This document shows positions 27,774 through 37,719 of a stretch of 64,000 nt of DNA, piece by piece. Every line of letters starts with the position of its first letter. Positions within the stretch are counted from its first letter, which is position 1. This DNA comes from a virus (taxonomy: Duplodnaviria > Caudoviricetes). Both the position numbers and the translations under genes were made by a program. The stretch covers positions 1 to 64,000 of IMG/VR virus record IMGVR_UViG_2936514734_000001; one strand, 5' to 3'. Under the pieces are notes generated by a model. That model was given only the letters and a program-made list of their open reading frames with translations, made no database searches and was not told the origin of the DNA.

Positions 27774-30700
27774 TTGGCTCAGTATCAAAAGAACTTTTAC
27801 TCTAGTTCATTGTATGGGCGCTTAAAAGCTTTTTATGGAGAGTATCAAACAGAGATATTTGATGCTGTTCAACCATTTAGCTCTACTGTTAACGCAGTTA
27901 TAGAAGCTCAGCTTCCTTCCTCATTTTATGCTGCTACTAGTACTGAGTTTACAAAACAAGACCCTACTAAATGGACTATTAGAGGAACAGATATTGTAAC
28001 AACCACAGCTAACTCTCCAGTAGAGTTTTTAGCAACAGGAGACAACCTCGAAGTACATGTAAGGTTACAAAGTAAAGGTTCTCAAACAATAGAAGCAAAG
28101 TTGTACAAAGAAGAAAATGTCTCAGGTACTTATACTTGGGTAGAAAAACAAACCAAGTCAATTAGTACCTTATCTTTAACAAGTCCGAACACGGTAGGAA
28201 AGATAATTTTCGACTCATTTGGTTTTGGGGATTACAAGGTTTCTATTTATGCAACTCAAACTACAGCGGAAGCAATTGTTGTAGGTGGTAAATTACGAAC
28301 TAGTGACTTTACTTTGGATATTCGAACTTCTGCAAATAAATCTACATGGTCTAACTGGGAAAGTGTTTCTCTTTCTAAGCAGCTACAGCAAGGTATTCAG
28401 TATAAGGTAACTGGTCAAAGTGCCACTAAATATACAAATATCCGCTATGTCCAAGGGAAAATTGTTATGCTTTCTTCAGATAATAAAACTTCTCCTATTA
28501 TTGATCGCGTGGAATTACGTTCTGAAGATAGCGGTCTTTATGAACAAGAAGGAACGTATATGATTCAGATTGATATGAATCAAGTAGCAACAAGTATTAG
28601 TAAGGAATTTAAGTATGCTAATAAAATTACCTGGACTCAAAAACAACCGACAGGCACTGAAATTAATATTCGTTCTTCATCAAGTCGTGACAATATCTTT
28701 TGGGGCCCAATATCAGCTCCTTATCGTCAGAACACAAAGAGACTCCGATTGAAGCGTGGAGTAACTAATCACAGTGTTACACTTGGTCCAATTAACGAAG
28801 GAAGTAAGTTCGCATTTAGTAAAACTACTTCATTAATTAATTGGGATACACAGGCTTTTTCTCCGAAAGATGCTTCAAATACAAGCATTTCATATGTCTT
28901 CTCCAAAACAAAGACAAATCAAAAGGATCCTCGCAATCTCCTTCAAACAATTAAAGACCCAATGAATGAGAAGAACAGAACTATGCAGTTTAATCCTCAA
29001 CCGTATTTCTTAACAGTTGAGATGACACGTTCAGCTCTTAGAGGTACACCAGTAGTCGATGTGATAGATATTTACCAAAAGATTGCTTACAACGAGAAAG
29101 TGAATGTGACTAGAAAGGATGTATCCGCTGTTGATGGTTCTGCCACAGGTATTAAAACACTTCAAAAAATTAGTGATTATGGATTTACTTATCCTAGCAC
29201 AACAGGTCAAATTGCTTTTAACCAGCAACAAATATCTACTGCTCCTCAAACTTACTCATTGCAAGATTTAACAAGAAGACCGTCTGATGTGATGCTGTAT
29301 TTCAAGTCTGAACAAAACAAGGGTACAAGAACAGGTATCTCTACTTCGGCTTCTGATGAAGTAATAGCAAAAGCGATTGCTAGGAAATTAGAGTATGGAG
29401 AAACAACAGGTGTATTGATGCATTATCAGTATGGTGCTGGTAAAGTTCAGTACTTACGTCCATATGAAAGAGAACTTGATTCTACGTTTACTCCTTTCTT
29501 AGAAGAAGATAAGAAATATCGCTATTACATTAAAAATGGGTGGCCTAGCGAAGTGCATACAGTAATTACAGGGCAAAAGGTAAGTGATGTTGCAGACATG
29601 TACGATGTCACTGTTTCTGAAATTACAGCTATCAATAAAGACCTTTTAATCAATGAGGATGGGACGCTTACGAGTGGACAGTTAGTGACTATACCCAACA
29701 AGTCATACAACTCAAAGGTATCTCTAATATTTAAAAGCGGTAGCGTGTACACTCAAAAATCTAGCCACAATGCTTTATATGACCAAAATCATGGGGTAAC
29801 AGTTACGGATTTTTCAAGTGAAAAGATTTCTGTAAGTGTGCCAGCAGCTCCTGCACAAGGATATGTAGATTGGGTTTCAGAGGAGAAAATTTATACAGGT
29901 GTAATCAATGCTAATGATGTTCGTGAAGAGTTTGTACGAACACAATATAATCGTTCTAGTTATTCTGACTTCAACAGAAGCTACACTGTTGTTAGTGGAG
30001 ACACATGGACAAGTATTGCCCTGAAATATGATGTTCATATTAATGATTTGAAACTAGCTAATGAATCAATAACTGACCTTAAAGTTGGTCAGGTTATCAC
30101 AATTCCTCCAAACATCATACTTCCTGAACTAGCTCCAGAAGCAGAATTCGAGAAAGAAAATCCATATGAGATTTCTATTATCGAAGATTCAGTTCACAAA
30201 AAAGATGGGACGCGTATTGATGATAGCTTTATTCCAATTAACTGGGAAGCTAAGCATTTACCGCTAGAGGTAACATATCGTGATTCTGTTGTACTCACTG
30301 CTGAAATGGTCAGAGGTACTGATAAGAATGGTATGGATCCATTACCATTAAGTAATGTGAAACAAATCATTTCGGTTAAACATAAAACAAAAACGATTAC
30401 TTATCATCAATGGGATGATGACTTGAAGACTGGTGACTTTAAATTAACGAGCAATTACATTGATTGGTCACCTACAACTGCAGGCACATTAGAACCTGAT
30501 GCAGGTGAAGAGTATATCGTTACTTATATTCGCAAAGAAGTAGATACAGTCCAAATCCATTTAGATACAACTTACTTCGAAAAAATGGGTACAGACATTG
30601 TTTGGCGCTCTCCTGAAGTAAAAGTATTTGACGGTGTATGTACACCATCAGAGGACTTTAAAATGGAGCTTCCAGCACCAACTTCCTTTGAAGGTTATGA

Positions 30701-31121
30701 TGCTATCTACAAGAATATTGGATATGTGATTGAAGATAATGATCTTTGGGTAGAAACAAAGATTCAGGAATCTGACGGAAAGACGTATTTAATAGGCACT
30801 TTGAATGGTAAAGACCCAAGTAAGAATTGGCATCCGACAATTAATACAGGATACTACTACTTAAAAGAGCAAGAGAACTACTTGTACTCTGAACCTATTA
30901 AAACCGTTCTTTCTGAAAAAGAACTTCCAACTGCTAAAAATATAGAGTATACAAATGGTTCAAGCGGAATAGGTGCATTATTGTTACCTTCTAGTCAAAA
31001 TATGGTTAAGGACTCTGTATTTGAAACTACTGAATGGAAGAAAACAAAAGTGTTTTCTGTGGACGATTATGCTAGTACTGCTTCAGTAGGAACATGGATT
31101 TTAGGTCTAGACAAGGTTTAG
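27774..31121 (+). CDS. Large virion structural protein with two LysM domains
   Basis: HTVITGQKVSDVADMYDVTVSEITAIN...GQLVTIP and YTVVSGDTWTSIALKYDVHINDLKLAN...LKVGQVITIP. Confidence 0.75.
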   Translation: MAQYQKNFYSSSLYGRLKAFYGEYQTEIFDAVQPFSSTVNAVIEAQLPSSFYAATSTEFTKQDPTKWTIRGTDIVTTTANSPVEFLATGDNLEVHVRLQSKGSQTIEAKLYKEENVSGTYTWVEKQTKSISTLSLTSPNTVGKIIFDSFGFGDYKVSIYATQTTAEAIVVGGKLRTSDFTLDIRTSANKSTWSNWESVSLSKQLQQGIQYKVTGQSATKYTNIRYVQGKIVMLSSDNKTSPIIDRVELRSEDSGLYEQEGTYMIQIDMNQVATSISKEFKYANKITWTQKQPTGTEINIRSSSSRDNIFWGPISAPYRQNTKRLRLKRGVTNHSVTLGPINEGSKFAFSKTTSLINWDTQAFSPKDASNTSISYVFSKTKTNQKDPRNLLQTIKDPMNEKNRTMQFNPQPYFLTVEMTRSALRGTPVVDVIDIYQKIAYNEKVNVTRKDVSAVDGSATGIKTLQKISDYGFTYPSTTGQIAFNQQQISTAPQTYSLQDLTRRPSDVMLYFKSEQNKGTRTGISTSASDEVIAKAIARKLEYGETTGVLMHYQYGAGKVQYLRPYERELDSTFTPFLEEDKKYRYYIKNGWPSEVHTVITGQKVSDVADMYDVTVSEITAINKDLLINEDGTLTSGQLVTIPNKSYNSKVSLIFKSGSVYTQKSSHNALYDQNHGVTVTDFSSEKISVSVPAAPAQGYVDWVSEEKIYTGVINANDVREEFVRTQYNRSSYSDFNRSYTVVSGDTWTSIALKYDVHINDLKLANESITDLKVGQVITIPPNIILPELAPEAEFEKENPYEISIIEDSVHKKDGTRIDDSFIPINWEAKHLPLEVTYRDSVVLTAEMVRGTDKNGMDPLPLSNVKQIISVKHKTKTITYHQWDDDLKTGDFKLTSNYIDWSPTTAGTLEPDAGEEYIVTYIRKEVDTVQIHLDTTYFEKMGTDIVWRSPEVKVFDGVCTPSEDFKMELPAPTSFEGYDAIYKNIGYVIEDNDLWVETKIQESDGKTYLIGTLNGKDPSKNWHPTINTGYYYLKEQENYLYSEPIKTVLSEKELPTAKNIEYTNGSSGIGALLLPSSQNMVKDSVFETTEWKKTKVFSVDDYASTASVGTWILGLDKV

Positions 31122-31122
31122 T

Positions 31123-31159
31123 AAAAGACGCACCTTAATGGGTGCGTTTTCTTTGTTTT
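31123..31159 (+). terminator. Intrinsic terminator
   Basis: aagacgcacc-ttaatg-ggtgcgtttt followed by a T-rich tail. Confidence 0.8.
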
Positions 31160-31198
31160 CAGAACTTGTCTAACAAAAACTAGACTCCTGATAATTTT

Positions 31199-31211
31199 AA
31201 TGGTTACTAAT
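31199..31211 (+). promoter_or_regulatory. Candidate phage-specific promoter motif (AATGGTTActaat)
   Basis: Recurring intergenic motif downstream of a terminator. Confidence 0.55.
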
Positions 31212-31270
31212 AGTTACATAGTCAAAGACACAAGGGGACTAAATATCTAAATTCAGAAGGTGGTGATTAT

Positions 31271-31600
31271 ATGCCGTATGAAAAAAAGTTTTGGACAAAC
31301 GGAGACATAGTTGGTGCCAATGATGTAAACAAATGGGAAAATACTCTCTCAAGTTTGGACAATAGTTCCCAACTTCTCCTTGGGACAAATAATAACCAAA
31401 TCGTGACTACTTATGAGGGCGGACGCCTCAAAAAAGTAGAAGAGAAGAATGGTTCTACTATCCTCAGTTCATCCACTTTAACTTATGACCCCAACGGTAA
31501 TCTTTCCAGTGTTACAGATGTCGTTAACGGCATCACAACAATATCAACATTAAATTATGACGACGGTGTTTTAACTTCAGTTACCCGTACTACTAGCTAG
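31271..31600 (+). CDS. Small virion protein with YD-like beta-hairpin repeats
   Basis: YEKKFWTNGDIVGANDVNKWE N-terminus typical of fibre/baseplate anchors; TYEGGRL, TYDPNGNL and NYDDGVL repeats. Confidence 0.55.
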   Translation: MPYEKKFWTNGDIVGANDVNKWENTLSSLDNSSQLLLGTNNNQIVTTYEGGRLKKVEEKNGSTILSSSTLTYDPNGNLSSVTDVVNGITTISTLNYDDGVLTSVTRTTS

Positions 31601-31614
31601 AGGAGGAATCGAAT

Positions 31615-32043
31615 GTGTCATTCCACATTACTTACGTTTCAAACGACAATTTGAATGTTGGATTAACAGAAAGCAATATTCAACTACCTACAGAAAAACA
31701 ATCTACTTTTACTAATACAATACAAACACATCCAGGTATTACAGTAGCAACAAATGGGAACAGCACAAATTCAGACTGGATTGATGCAGACGGCTTTTCG
31801 GAACTAGCTGTAACTGTTTTGAGTGATAATAACACAGCTCAATTTGCCGCTACAATCTTGTGGTCTAACGATAAAACAAATATTCATGGTGCAGAAACTG
31901 TACTTGGTAGTGCAGTAGCAGTATGGGCCAATGCTCGAAGTGGTCAAGTAACTACTAAAGCAAGGTATTTCAAACTGGTTCTAATAAACAGTGATTCATC
32001 TAACCCACACGTAATGTCTGCCTGGGCATATCTAAAAGCATAA
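31615..32043 (+). CDS. Small beta-sandwich virion protein (hypothetical)
   Basis: RBS gaggagga, GTG start; WIDADGFSEL...KARYFKLVLIN. Confidence 0.5.
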   Translation: MSFHITYVSNDNLNVGLTESNIQLPTEKQSTFTNTIQTHPGITVATNGNSTNSDWIDADGFSELAVTVLSDNNTAQFAATILWSNDKTNIHGAETVLGSAVAVWANARSGQVTTKARYFKLVLINSDSSNPHVMSAWAYLKA

Positions 32044-32056
32044 AGGAGGAAATCAC

Positions 32057-32317
32057 ATGGCTTTCAATTCGACTGACTATCTAAAACCCCCATTTACTAG
32101 CGGTCTAATGGATTTAACAGAAGAAGAGATTCTGTATGTTCAATCAGAACTAAAGAAAATAGCAGCAGATTTAGGAGTAGAGTTTTTTACATATGACATG
32201 TTATTAGCCTATTGCACCCCAAAACGTTGGCAAGAAGGAAAATGGGTTAATGAAGAAACCGCTAATTATTGCTTCTATTACTCTAATGAAGAAGAAGTTC
32301 CACTAGAGGAGGTGTAA
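32057..32317 (+). CDS. Hypothetical protein
   Basis: Strong RBS aaggagg; 86-aa ORF. Confidence 0.6.
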   Translation: MAFNSTDYLKPPFTSGLMDLTEEEILYVQSELKKIAADLGVEFFTYDMLLAYCTPKRWQEGKWVNEETANYCFYYSNEEEVPLEEV

Positions 32318-32335
32318 TTTCACCTCTTCTTTATT
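32305..32335 (+). terminator. Terminator-like hairpin overlapping a stop codon
   Basis: agaggaggtg-taattt-cacctcttct followed by ttatt. Confidence 0.5.
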
Positions 32336-32356
32336 AATTTAAAAGGAGGTAAAGCA

Positions 32357-35119
32357 ATGATATTAGAAAACAAAATCACCCATAAAGTTCCTAAAAAGAA
32401 TCTGGTTCCACCCTTAACAAGCTCAGAATGGAAGTTTCATTCATTAGCAAAGGTTGAGGATGATTATACATTAATAATGGATGCTACGACTTCAGGACAA
32501 TGGAACTCTATTGATATTCCTGTTGAAGTGGGTAAAACATACATCTTTTCTCATGAAGCTAATATGTCAATGTATATTGACGTTCGAAAAAACGATACTT
32601 ATAGAACAATGGTACAAAGTGGAGTAAAACCAAATACACCTTTAAAGGTAACACACCCTGAAGCGAAGTTTATACGAGTTGCTTATGGTTCTCCAAGTGC
32701 TGGTCATTTTGTTATGAAGAATATGCAATTAGAAGAAGGTTCTATAGTAACTCCATTTGAGCCTTATACTGAAGTCAATAAAGGGTTTGTAGGGAAACCT
32801 AAGAAGAACTTAATTCCTGATTGGAATAGTCCAAGGTGGTTCCAAGATTCAACAGTAGCTGGTGGAGTGGTAACAGTAGATCAAGATGACCCATACAAAA
32901 TGTCATTAAGTCTAAACCAGTCTGCTCAAGCTAGACTTATCCATATTCCTGTTGAGTTAGGAAAAGCTTATACATTCTCATTTGGTAAAATGACCGGTCT
33001 TTACCGTCTTTATAAGAGACGACAAACAGCACATGGAGGAACAGTGCTTGTCCAAGATTCCGACCCTAAACCTTTCACATTTGTTGTAGATGCCGAATAT
33101 GGTGGATGGGTTACTTTACGCGTAACACAAGGAATCACTGGAACATTTGCCTTTGAAAATCTTCAATTAGAAGAAGGGTGGTCTGGTACTTCTTTTGAAC
33201 CTTACAAAGAATTGAATAGTCTAGCTGCACTAGTTCCTAAGAGGAATATGCTTAATCCTAAAGCTTGGGTATCTGGTCGTATTTTTGACACAGCATTTAA
33301 ATCACAGAACGGGTATAGACTAAATGGAGACAACCTAATCATCATGTCTAACATAAATGGAATGGTGTCTCAAGTAGTAGATGTGAAACCTAATACTCTC
33401 TATACAGTTTTTCATGATAGTGATAATGATGGAAGTAGAGGTATTTACGTTTACTCTACATCTGGTGTAGACTTAACACCTTCTGTAAAGATAAGTCCAA
33501 ATGTTTTTAACAGCGCATACAATACTAAGGTAATTATAGGAATGTACAAGAGTACAAGTGCTAATGATCTTTCTGAAATTGAGTTTGTGAAACCTATGAT
33601 GGTAGAAGCTTCTGTTAAAGTTCCATTTGAACCTTTCCAACTTGTTAATAAAGCTGATACATTGGTTCCTAAAACTAATATAGCTCCTCCTTTAAGGTAC
33701 TGGTCAAGAACAGATGGTAACGCAGTTATCCTATCCGACTACGAAGGGGAGATAAATCCAGTAAGTAACTATACAGGATTTAAGTATTCGAATTCTTTAG
33801 GATTGAAACGAGACACTATATACACTCTTAGTATTGATGAAATCACTCCTGGAGCAACGTGCTTCTTAGCTTACTTAGACAGCGGTGGCACTAATAGATA
33901 TACGACCGTCAATTCAGATTCCCTCGTAAAGACCTTCTCTATTCCTTCTTCAGCTCAATACTATTGGATGGAAATGCACTTCCAAACTAATAGAGGGAAA
34001 GCTCGATTTAAGAATTTTATGCTTCAAGAAGGAACGATTAAACAACCATTCGAACCATTAATAATGGTTAAAGAAGAAAAAGAAGTTCTTCGAAAAGCTG
34101 CATATAGAAATTACCCATTTAGCTATAAACGAGAAAGCGTAGAATTTTTAGATGGTATTCAGTATAGTATCAATAATCCACGAATAAAAGATAACGGTCT
34201 TTTAATAGAAGAAGGAATTACTAATACTGTTTCCAATTCTGATCAAGTCTCCCGATTACGTGTAGTGAATAACGCTTATGGACAAGTAACTTACAATCAC
34301 TCTTTACCAAAGAAACTTGTTGCTCAAAGTAGCTCCGATACGTATTCTTTGCAATTTGAGGTGAAAATGTTAGGAGCTGCTTCTATTCCATTTAGAAGTA
34401 TCGTAGTAGGTGCTCAACCCCCAAAAGATAGTTGGAGTTGGAGGATATATTCCTCTGATTTTTCTTCAGATGAAATTGAGGATTTAGGAAGTGGCTGGTT
34501 TAGGTACAAGAAAACATTCACAATCAACGGGAGTAAAGGTGAGTATCTTCAATCCTTTATCAAATTTATTTGTGAAGTATATGACACCGATATAGATACT
34601 CTTATTCGAAATGTTCAGATTGAGGAAAGAATTTCACCTTCTTCTTATACAACTGGATACAGAAAGAATGAAATAGTAACTGTTCCAAATACCACTGGAT
34701 TTATTGATTCAACAAAAGGTTCGATCTACTCTAAATTCTCTTATTTGGATTTAAAGTATACGATGGCTGTTAGTGCTTTTCTTTTCGATACAACTTCTAA
34801 TACTAGATGGTTCTGTAACTACGATTCTGTATTAGGGAAATTCCAAGTGGTTGTTAACGGTTTAAGTCTCATTCAATTTCCTAAAGAAACTCTAAGGGAG
34901 AAAGATAACGAATTACTTGTAGAATGGAATGGTTCAAGCATGGCAGTTACTTTGAATGGTGTTGTTCAAAATTCTTCCGCTGGTACTTCCTCTGCAAGAC
35001 CTGACCTTGGTATGTTAACTTTAGGTTGTCGATTTACTAGAGATATTGCATGGCTAAATGGCATAATTAAAGAGTTTGTAATTAAAGATAGAAACGGAAA
35101 CACAACATATAAAATCTAA
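32357..35119 (+). CDS. Fibre/adhesin with tandem carbohydrate-binding-like repeats and a LamG-like C-terminus
   Basis: Four repeats of PK(K/R/T)N...(QLEEG/MVEA)...FEP(Y/F/L), then GLLIEEGITN...QIEE...KGSIY...WLNGIIKEF. Confidence 0.7.
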   Translation: MILENKITHKVPKKNLVPPLTSSEWKFHSLAKVEDDYTLIMDATTSGQWNSIDIPVEVGKTYIFSHEANMSMYIDVRKNDTYRTMVQSGVKPNTPLKVTHPEAKFIRVAYGSPSAGHFVMKNMQLEEGSIVTPFEPYTEVNKGFVGKPKKNLIPDWNSPRWFQDSTVAGGVVTVDQDDPYKMSLSLNQSAQARLIHIPVELGKAYTFSFGKMTGLYRLYKRRQTAHGGTVLVQDSDPKPFTFVVDAEYGGWVTLRVTQGITGTFAFENLQLEEGWSGTSFEPYKELNSLAALVPKRNMLNPKAWVSGRIFDTAFKSQNGYRLNGDNLIIMSNINGMVSQVVDVKPNTLYTVFHDSDNDGSRGIYVYSTSGVDLTPSVKISPNVFNSAYNTKVIIGMYKSTSANDLSEIEFVKPMMVEASVKVPFEPFQLVNKADTLVPKTNIAPPLRYWSRTDGNAVILSDYEGEINPVSNYTGFKYSNSLGLKRDTIYTLSIDEITPGATCFLAYLDSGGTNRYTTVNSDSLVKTFSIPSSAQYYWMEMHFQTNRGKARFKNFMLQEGTIKQPFEPLIMVKEEKEVLRKAAYRNYPFSYKRESVEFLDGIQYSINNPRIKDNGLLIEEGITNTVSNSDQVSRLRVVNNAYGQVTYNHSLPKKLVAQSSSDTYSLQFEVKMLGAASIPFRSIVVGAQPPKDSWSWRIYSSDFSSDEIEDLGSGWFRYKKTFTINGSKGEYLQSFIKFICEVYDTDIDTLIRNVQIEERISPSSYTTGYRKNEIVTVPNTTGFIDSTKGSIYSKFSYLDLKYTMAVSAFLFDTTSNTRWFCNYDSVLGKFQVVVNGLSLIQFPKETLREKDNELLVEWNGSSMAVTLNGVVQNSSAGTSSARPDLGMLTLGCRFTRDIAWLNGIIKEFVIKDRNGNTTYKI

Positions 35120-35147
35120 AGCTACAGCTTATTGCTGTAGTTTTTTT
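35118..35147 (+). terminator. Intrinsic terminator
   Basis: gctacagc-ttatt-gctgtag followed by ttttttt. Confidence 0.85.
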
Positions 35148-35178
35148 CTGTTTCTCTTCATTTACAAAAATAAAAGGT

Positions 35179-35192
35179 AAAGGTTAGATTAT
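35179..35192 (+). promoter_or_regulatory. Candidate promoter motif, one-mismatch variant (AAAGGTTAgattat)
   Basis: Same position between terminator and RBS as the other copies. Confidence 0.45.
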
Positions 35193-35223
35193 CAAAAGAA
35201 ATTAGATAAAAGGTGGTGCGACA

Positions 35224-37719
35224 ATGTTTACACAGCCAGGAATAGTTAAAAGACATGATACTATAGCAGAAGCTATCGTATTTCAAAATGCAGGGTATGT
35301 TTCTGTCTCACAGGAATTGTACGAAGATAGTAGGATAACATTTTCTTTTGCTACACCTACTAATAAGTTAGTGTTAATTCCAAAATACCTTAGTGACGGC
35401 AACTTTTTATTTGTTTCACTAGATAAAGATAAAACATTGCATATTGGTGGCTTTGTTAAAGATTCGGAAAAGGTTTATGGAGACATAGTAGTCTCTGATC
35501 TAATTGCTTCTACAAATGAACTTGTAGTTACTTCAAATGGCACTCATTTTACTGTGAAGTTTAATAATAAAGAAGTGTTTAAGTTTGAATCCGCTCTATT
35601 TGCAAAGGGGCAAGTAAGGTTGTATGGAGAGGTTGGTGAAATCTTTTATTCTTGCTCAATAGAAGAACCTCAATCAACAAGTTGGTCAAACAATGGGGGG
35701 GAGAATGGCGTAGAAATCAAAACAGTTAAGATAGAAGACCAGAACTTTATTAAGCTAATTGGATCTTCTGCTAAAAAAGCCTATATCTCTCAAAGTATTT
35801 CATTAACATCAGGGACAAAAACTGTATCATTTTCAGCAAAAGGAAATGGTTCATGTGTCGTAAAGAAATCAGATAACACGGTTCTTCAGACATTTTCTAT
35901 TTCAAAATCTGAAGTCACAGAGCTAAGTTTCTCATTTCCTGTTTCAACTGCCCAAACTATTAATCTTGTGTTTGAAACAAATAATACATTGACCGTAGGT
36001 AAATCTCAAATCGAGAACATGGTAAACGCAACAGGGTATATACCGAATGAGAGCACAACGTCCGCTGCTATACGAAATACCTCTCAATTAATCTATCCAC
36101 TTAAAGATAGTTTCCCCAATCAGTCAGGAAGTATCTATGTAAAGGTTACAGCTCCTGAAGGATTCGAAGAAGCTGCTACGACTACAAATAAGCAAATGAT
36201 TCTACGAACAGATAATGGTGCACTCCGACTAGATTATAAAAATGGAAGTTTCCTTTTCTTTATAGGAGCCAAGTCATTGAGTGTTCCTACAAGTCTATCC
36301 CAGGTAGGCACTGCTGAAGTGATTATTAGTTGGAATGAAGTAGAAATGGAACTCACTGTAAATGGAAATACAGTTTCATTAGGAGATGCTCCATTACTTA
36401 CATCAAATGTATCTAGTTTAATTTTTGCAGAAGAAGGTTCTATAAAAGATCCAGTTATCTTAGAAGAATGGGCATTGTTCCACAATAAGGTAAAACCGGA
36501 TTCGGATATTCAAGCCATTTTACCACAAGCCATTATGCAATCTTTATTTGACGGTGGTATTAGCGGTCAAAATGTAACTTGGTCAGAAATCCCTGTTGCT
36601 CCAATAGATCACTCGCCAATTCTTGTACAAAAAGAAGATGGTAAAACACTTCAAAAAGTTTCGTTCTTTGATTATGAAACTGGTGAATACAAAACATGGA
36701 ATCAAGAGCCGTTTGTGTATGATGGCAGAAGTGATTTCGTGGAAGTTACCTATAATAATCTTGATGAACAGTTTAGAGACATTGCTATTCGTACTGAAGA
36801 TGGTGAAAAGATAGGTGAGCCGTACCGTATCGATGGAAAGCGATTCTATTTTTCTCTCTATTCAAGTTTGAAGCCAACTCTAAAAAACAAAACACTTTAT
36901 GCTACATATCAGGTCAATGACACATACACCGTAGATTACAATATCAAAGCAGTGGATGGTTATCGCATTAATTTCGCTAAACATGATGGTGGAAAAAGGA
37001 TTGTTTATCAAGAAGGAAACCGTTATGGTGAACCAAAGAAATTAGCGACTATGATTGATTTGAACCCGATTCAAAATCAAAATCATGAAGGATTTTTGTA
37101 TGTAACAAATACAATCAATAAAACCGATAGCTTCCGTATAACAGTTACCCCCGATAGATTACCTGCTGATGGTGCGAGTTTTTCTACGCTAATTATCGAA
37201 CCGCTTGATTATCAAGGAAACTTTCTTTCTCACTCTAATTTAGAAATTGTGTCCGAAAGGGGTTTCATTACTCGACACATTTCAAAAGACGCGGTGGAGG
37301 CCCAAAAGCGTTCAGGACAATACTTGTATCAGTACTATGCTCCTTATATCTATTCGAGCAAACAAGGGGAGGTCATCGAAGACCATATCTGGATTACAGA
37401 TTTAGATAATCAGATTGGTATCTGTTACAAAATTCTATTGAGTCCAGTACAAAAGGCAAGTAACGTTCAAATTACGAGAAGCCAAAAAAACACCTTAACC
37501 GCTAAGACGAAAATCATTGATTATATCTTAATGTATGAAGGAGTAGAGAAGTATGAGGATGAAACCTTATTCTCTATTTTAGATTTAAACCAAGATGGAC
37601 GTGTTACAACTGATGAAGTGCTTGTATTAGAAACTAATCAAAAAGATTCAGACTTAACCGTTATCTTGAATCAGTTACAAAAATGGGAGGCTACAAACAA
37701 TGGCACTGCAACCACATAA
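35224..37719 (+). CDS. Virion structural protein with LamG-like, Ig (Big-1-like) and EF-hand/dockerin-like segments
   Basis: QIENMVNATGYIP...GSIYV; ITVTPDRLPADGASFSTLIIEPLDYQGN; DLNQDGRVTTDE. Confidence 0.6.
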   Translation: MFTQPGIVKRHDTIAEAIVFQNAGYVSVSQELYEDSRITFSFATPTNKLVLIPKYLSDGNFLFVSLDKDKTLHIGGFVKDSEKVYGDIVVSDLIASTNELVVTSNGTHFTVKFNNKEVFKFESALFAKGQVRLYGEVGEIFYSCSIEEPQSTSWSNNGGENGVEIKTVKIEDQNFIKLIGSSAKKAYISQSISLTSGTKTVSFSAKGNGSCVVKKSDNTVLQTFSISKSEVTELSFSFPVSTAQTINLVFETNNTLTVGKSQIENMVNATGYIPNESTTSAAIRNTSQLIYPLKDSFPNQSGSIYVKVTAPEGFEEAATTTNKQMILRTDNGALRLDYKNGSFLFFIGAKSLSVPTSLSQVGTAEVIISWNEVEMELTVNGNTVSLGDAPLLTSNVSSLIFAEEGSIKDPVILEEWALFHNKVKPDSDIQAILPQAIMQSLFDGGISGQNVTWSEIPVAPIDHSPILVQKEDGKTLQKVSFFDYETGEYKTWNQEPFVYDGRSDFVEVTYNNLDEQFRDIAIRTEDGEKIGEPYRIDGKRFYFSLYSSLKPTLKNKTLYATYQVNDTYTVDYNIKAVDGYRINFAKHDGGKRIVYQEGNRYGEPKKLATMIDLNPIQNQNHEGFLYVTNTINKTDSFRITVTPDRLPADGASFSTLIIEPLDYQGNFLSHSNLEIVSERGFITRHISKDAVEAQKRSGQYLYQYYAPYIYSSKQGEVIEDHIWITDLDNQIGICYKILLSPVQKASNVQITRSQKNTLTAKTKIIDYILMYEGVEKYEDETLFSILDLNQDGRVTTDEVLVLETNQKDSDLTVILNQLQKWEATNNGTATT

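Noticed and set aside
31400-31600. YD-like repeats suggesting an Rhs toxin
   Set aside because: The protein is only 109 aa, with no Rhs core, toxin domain or immunity gene.
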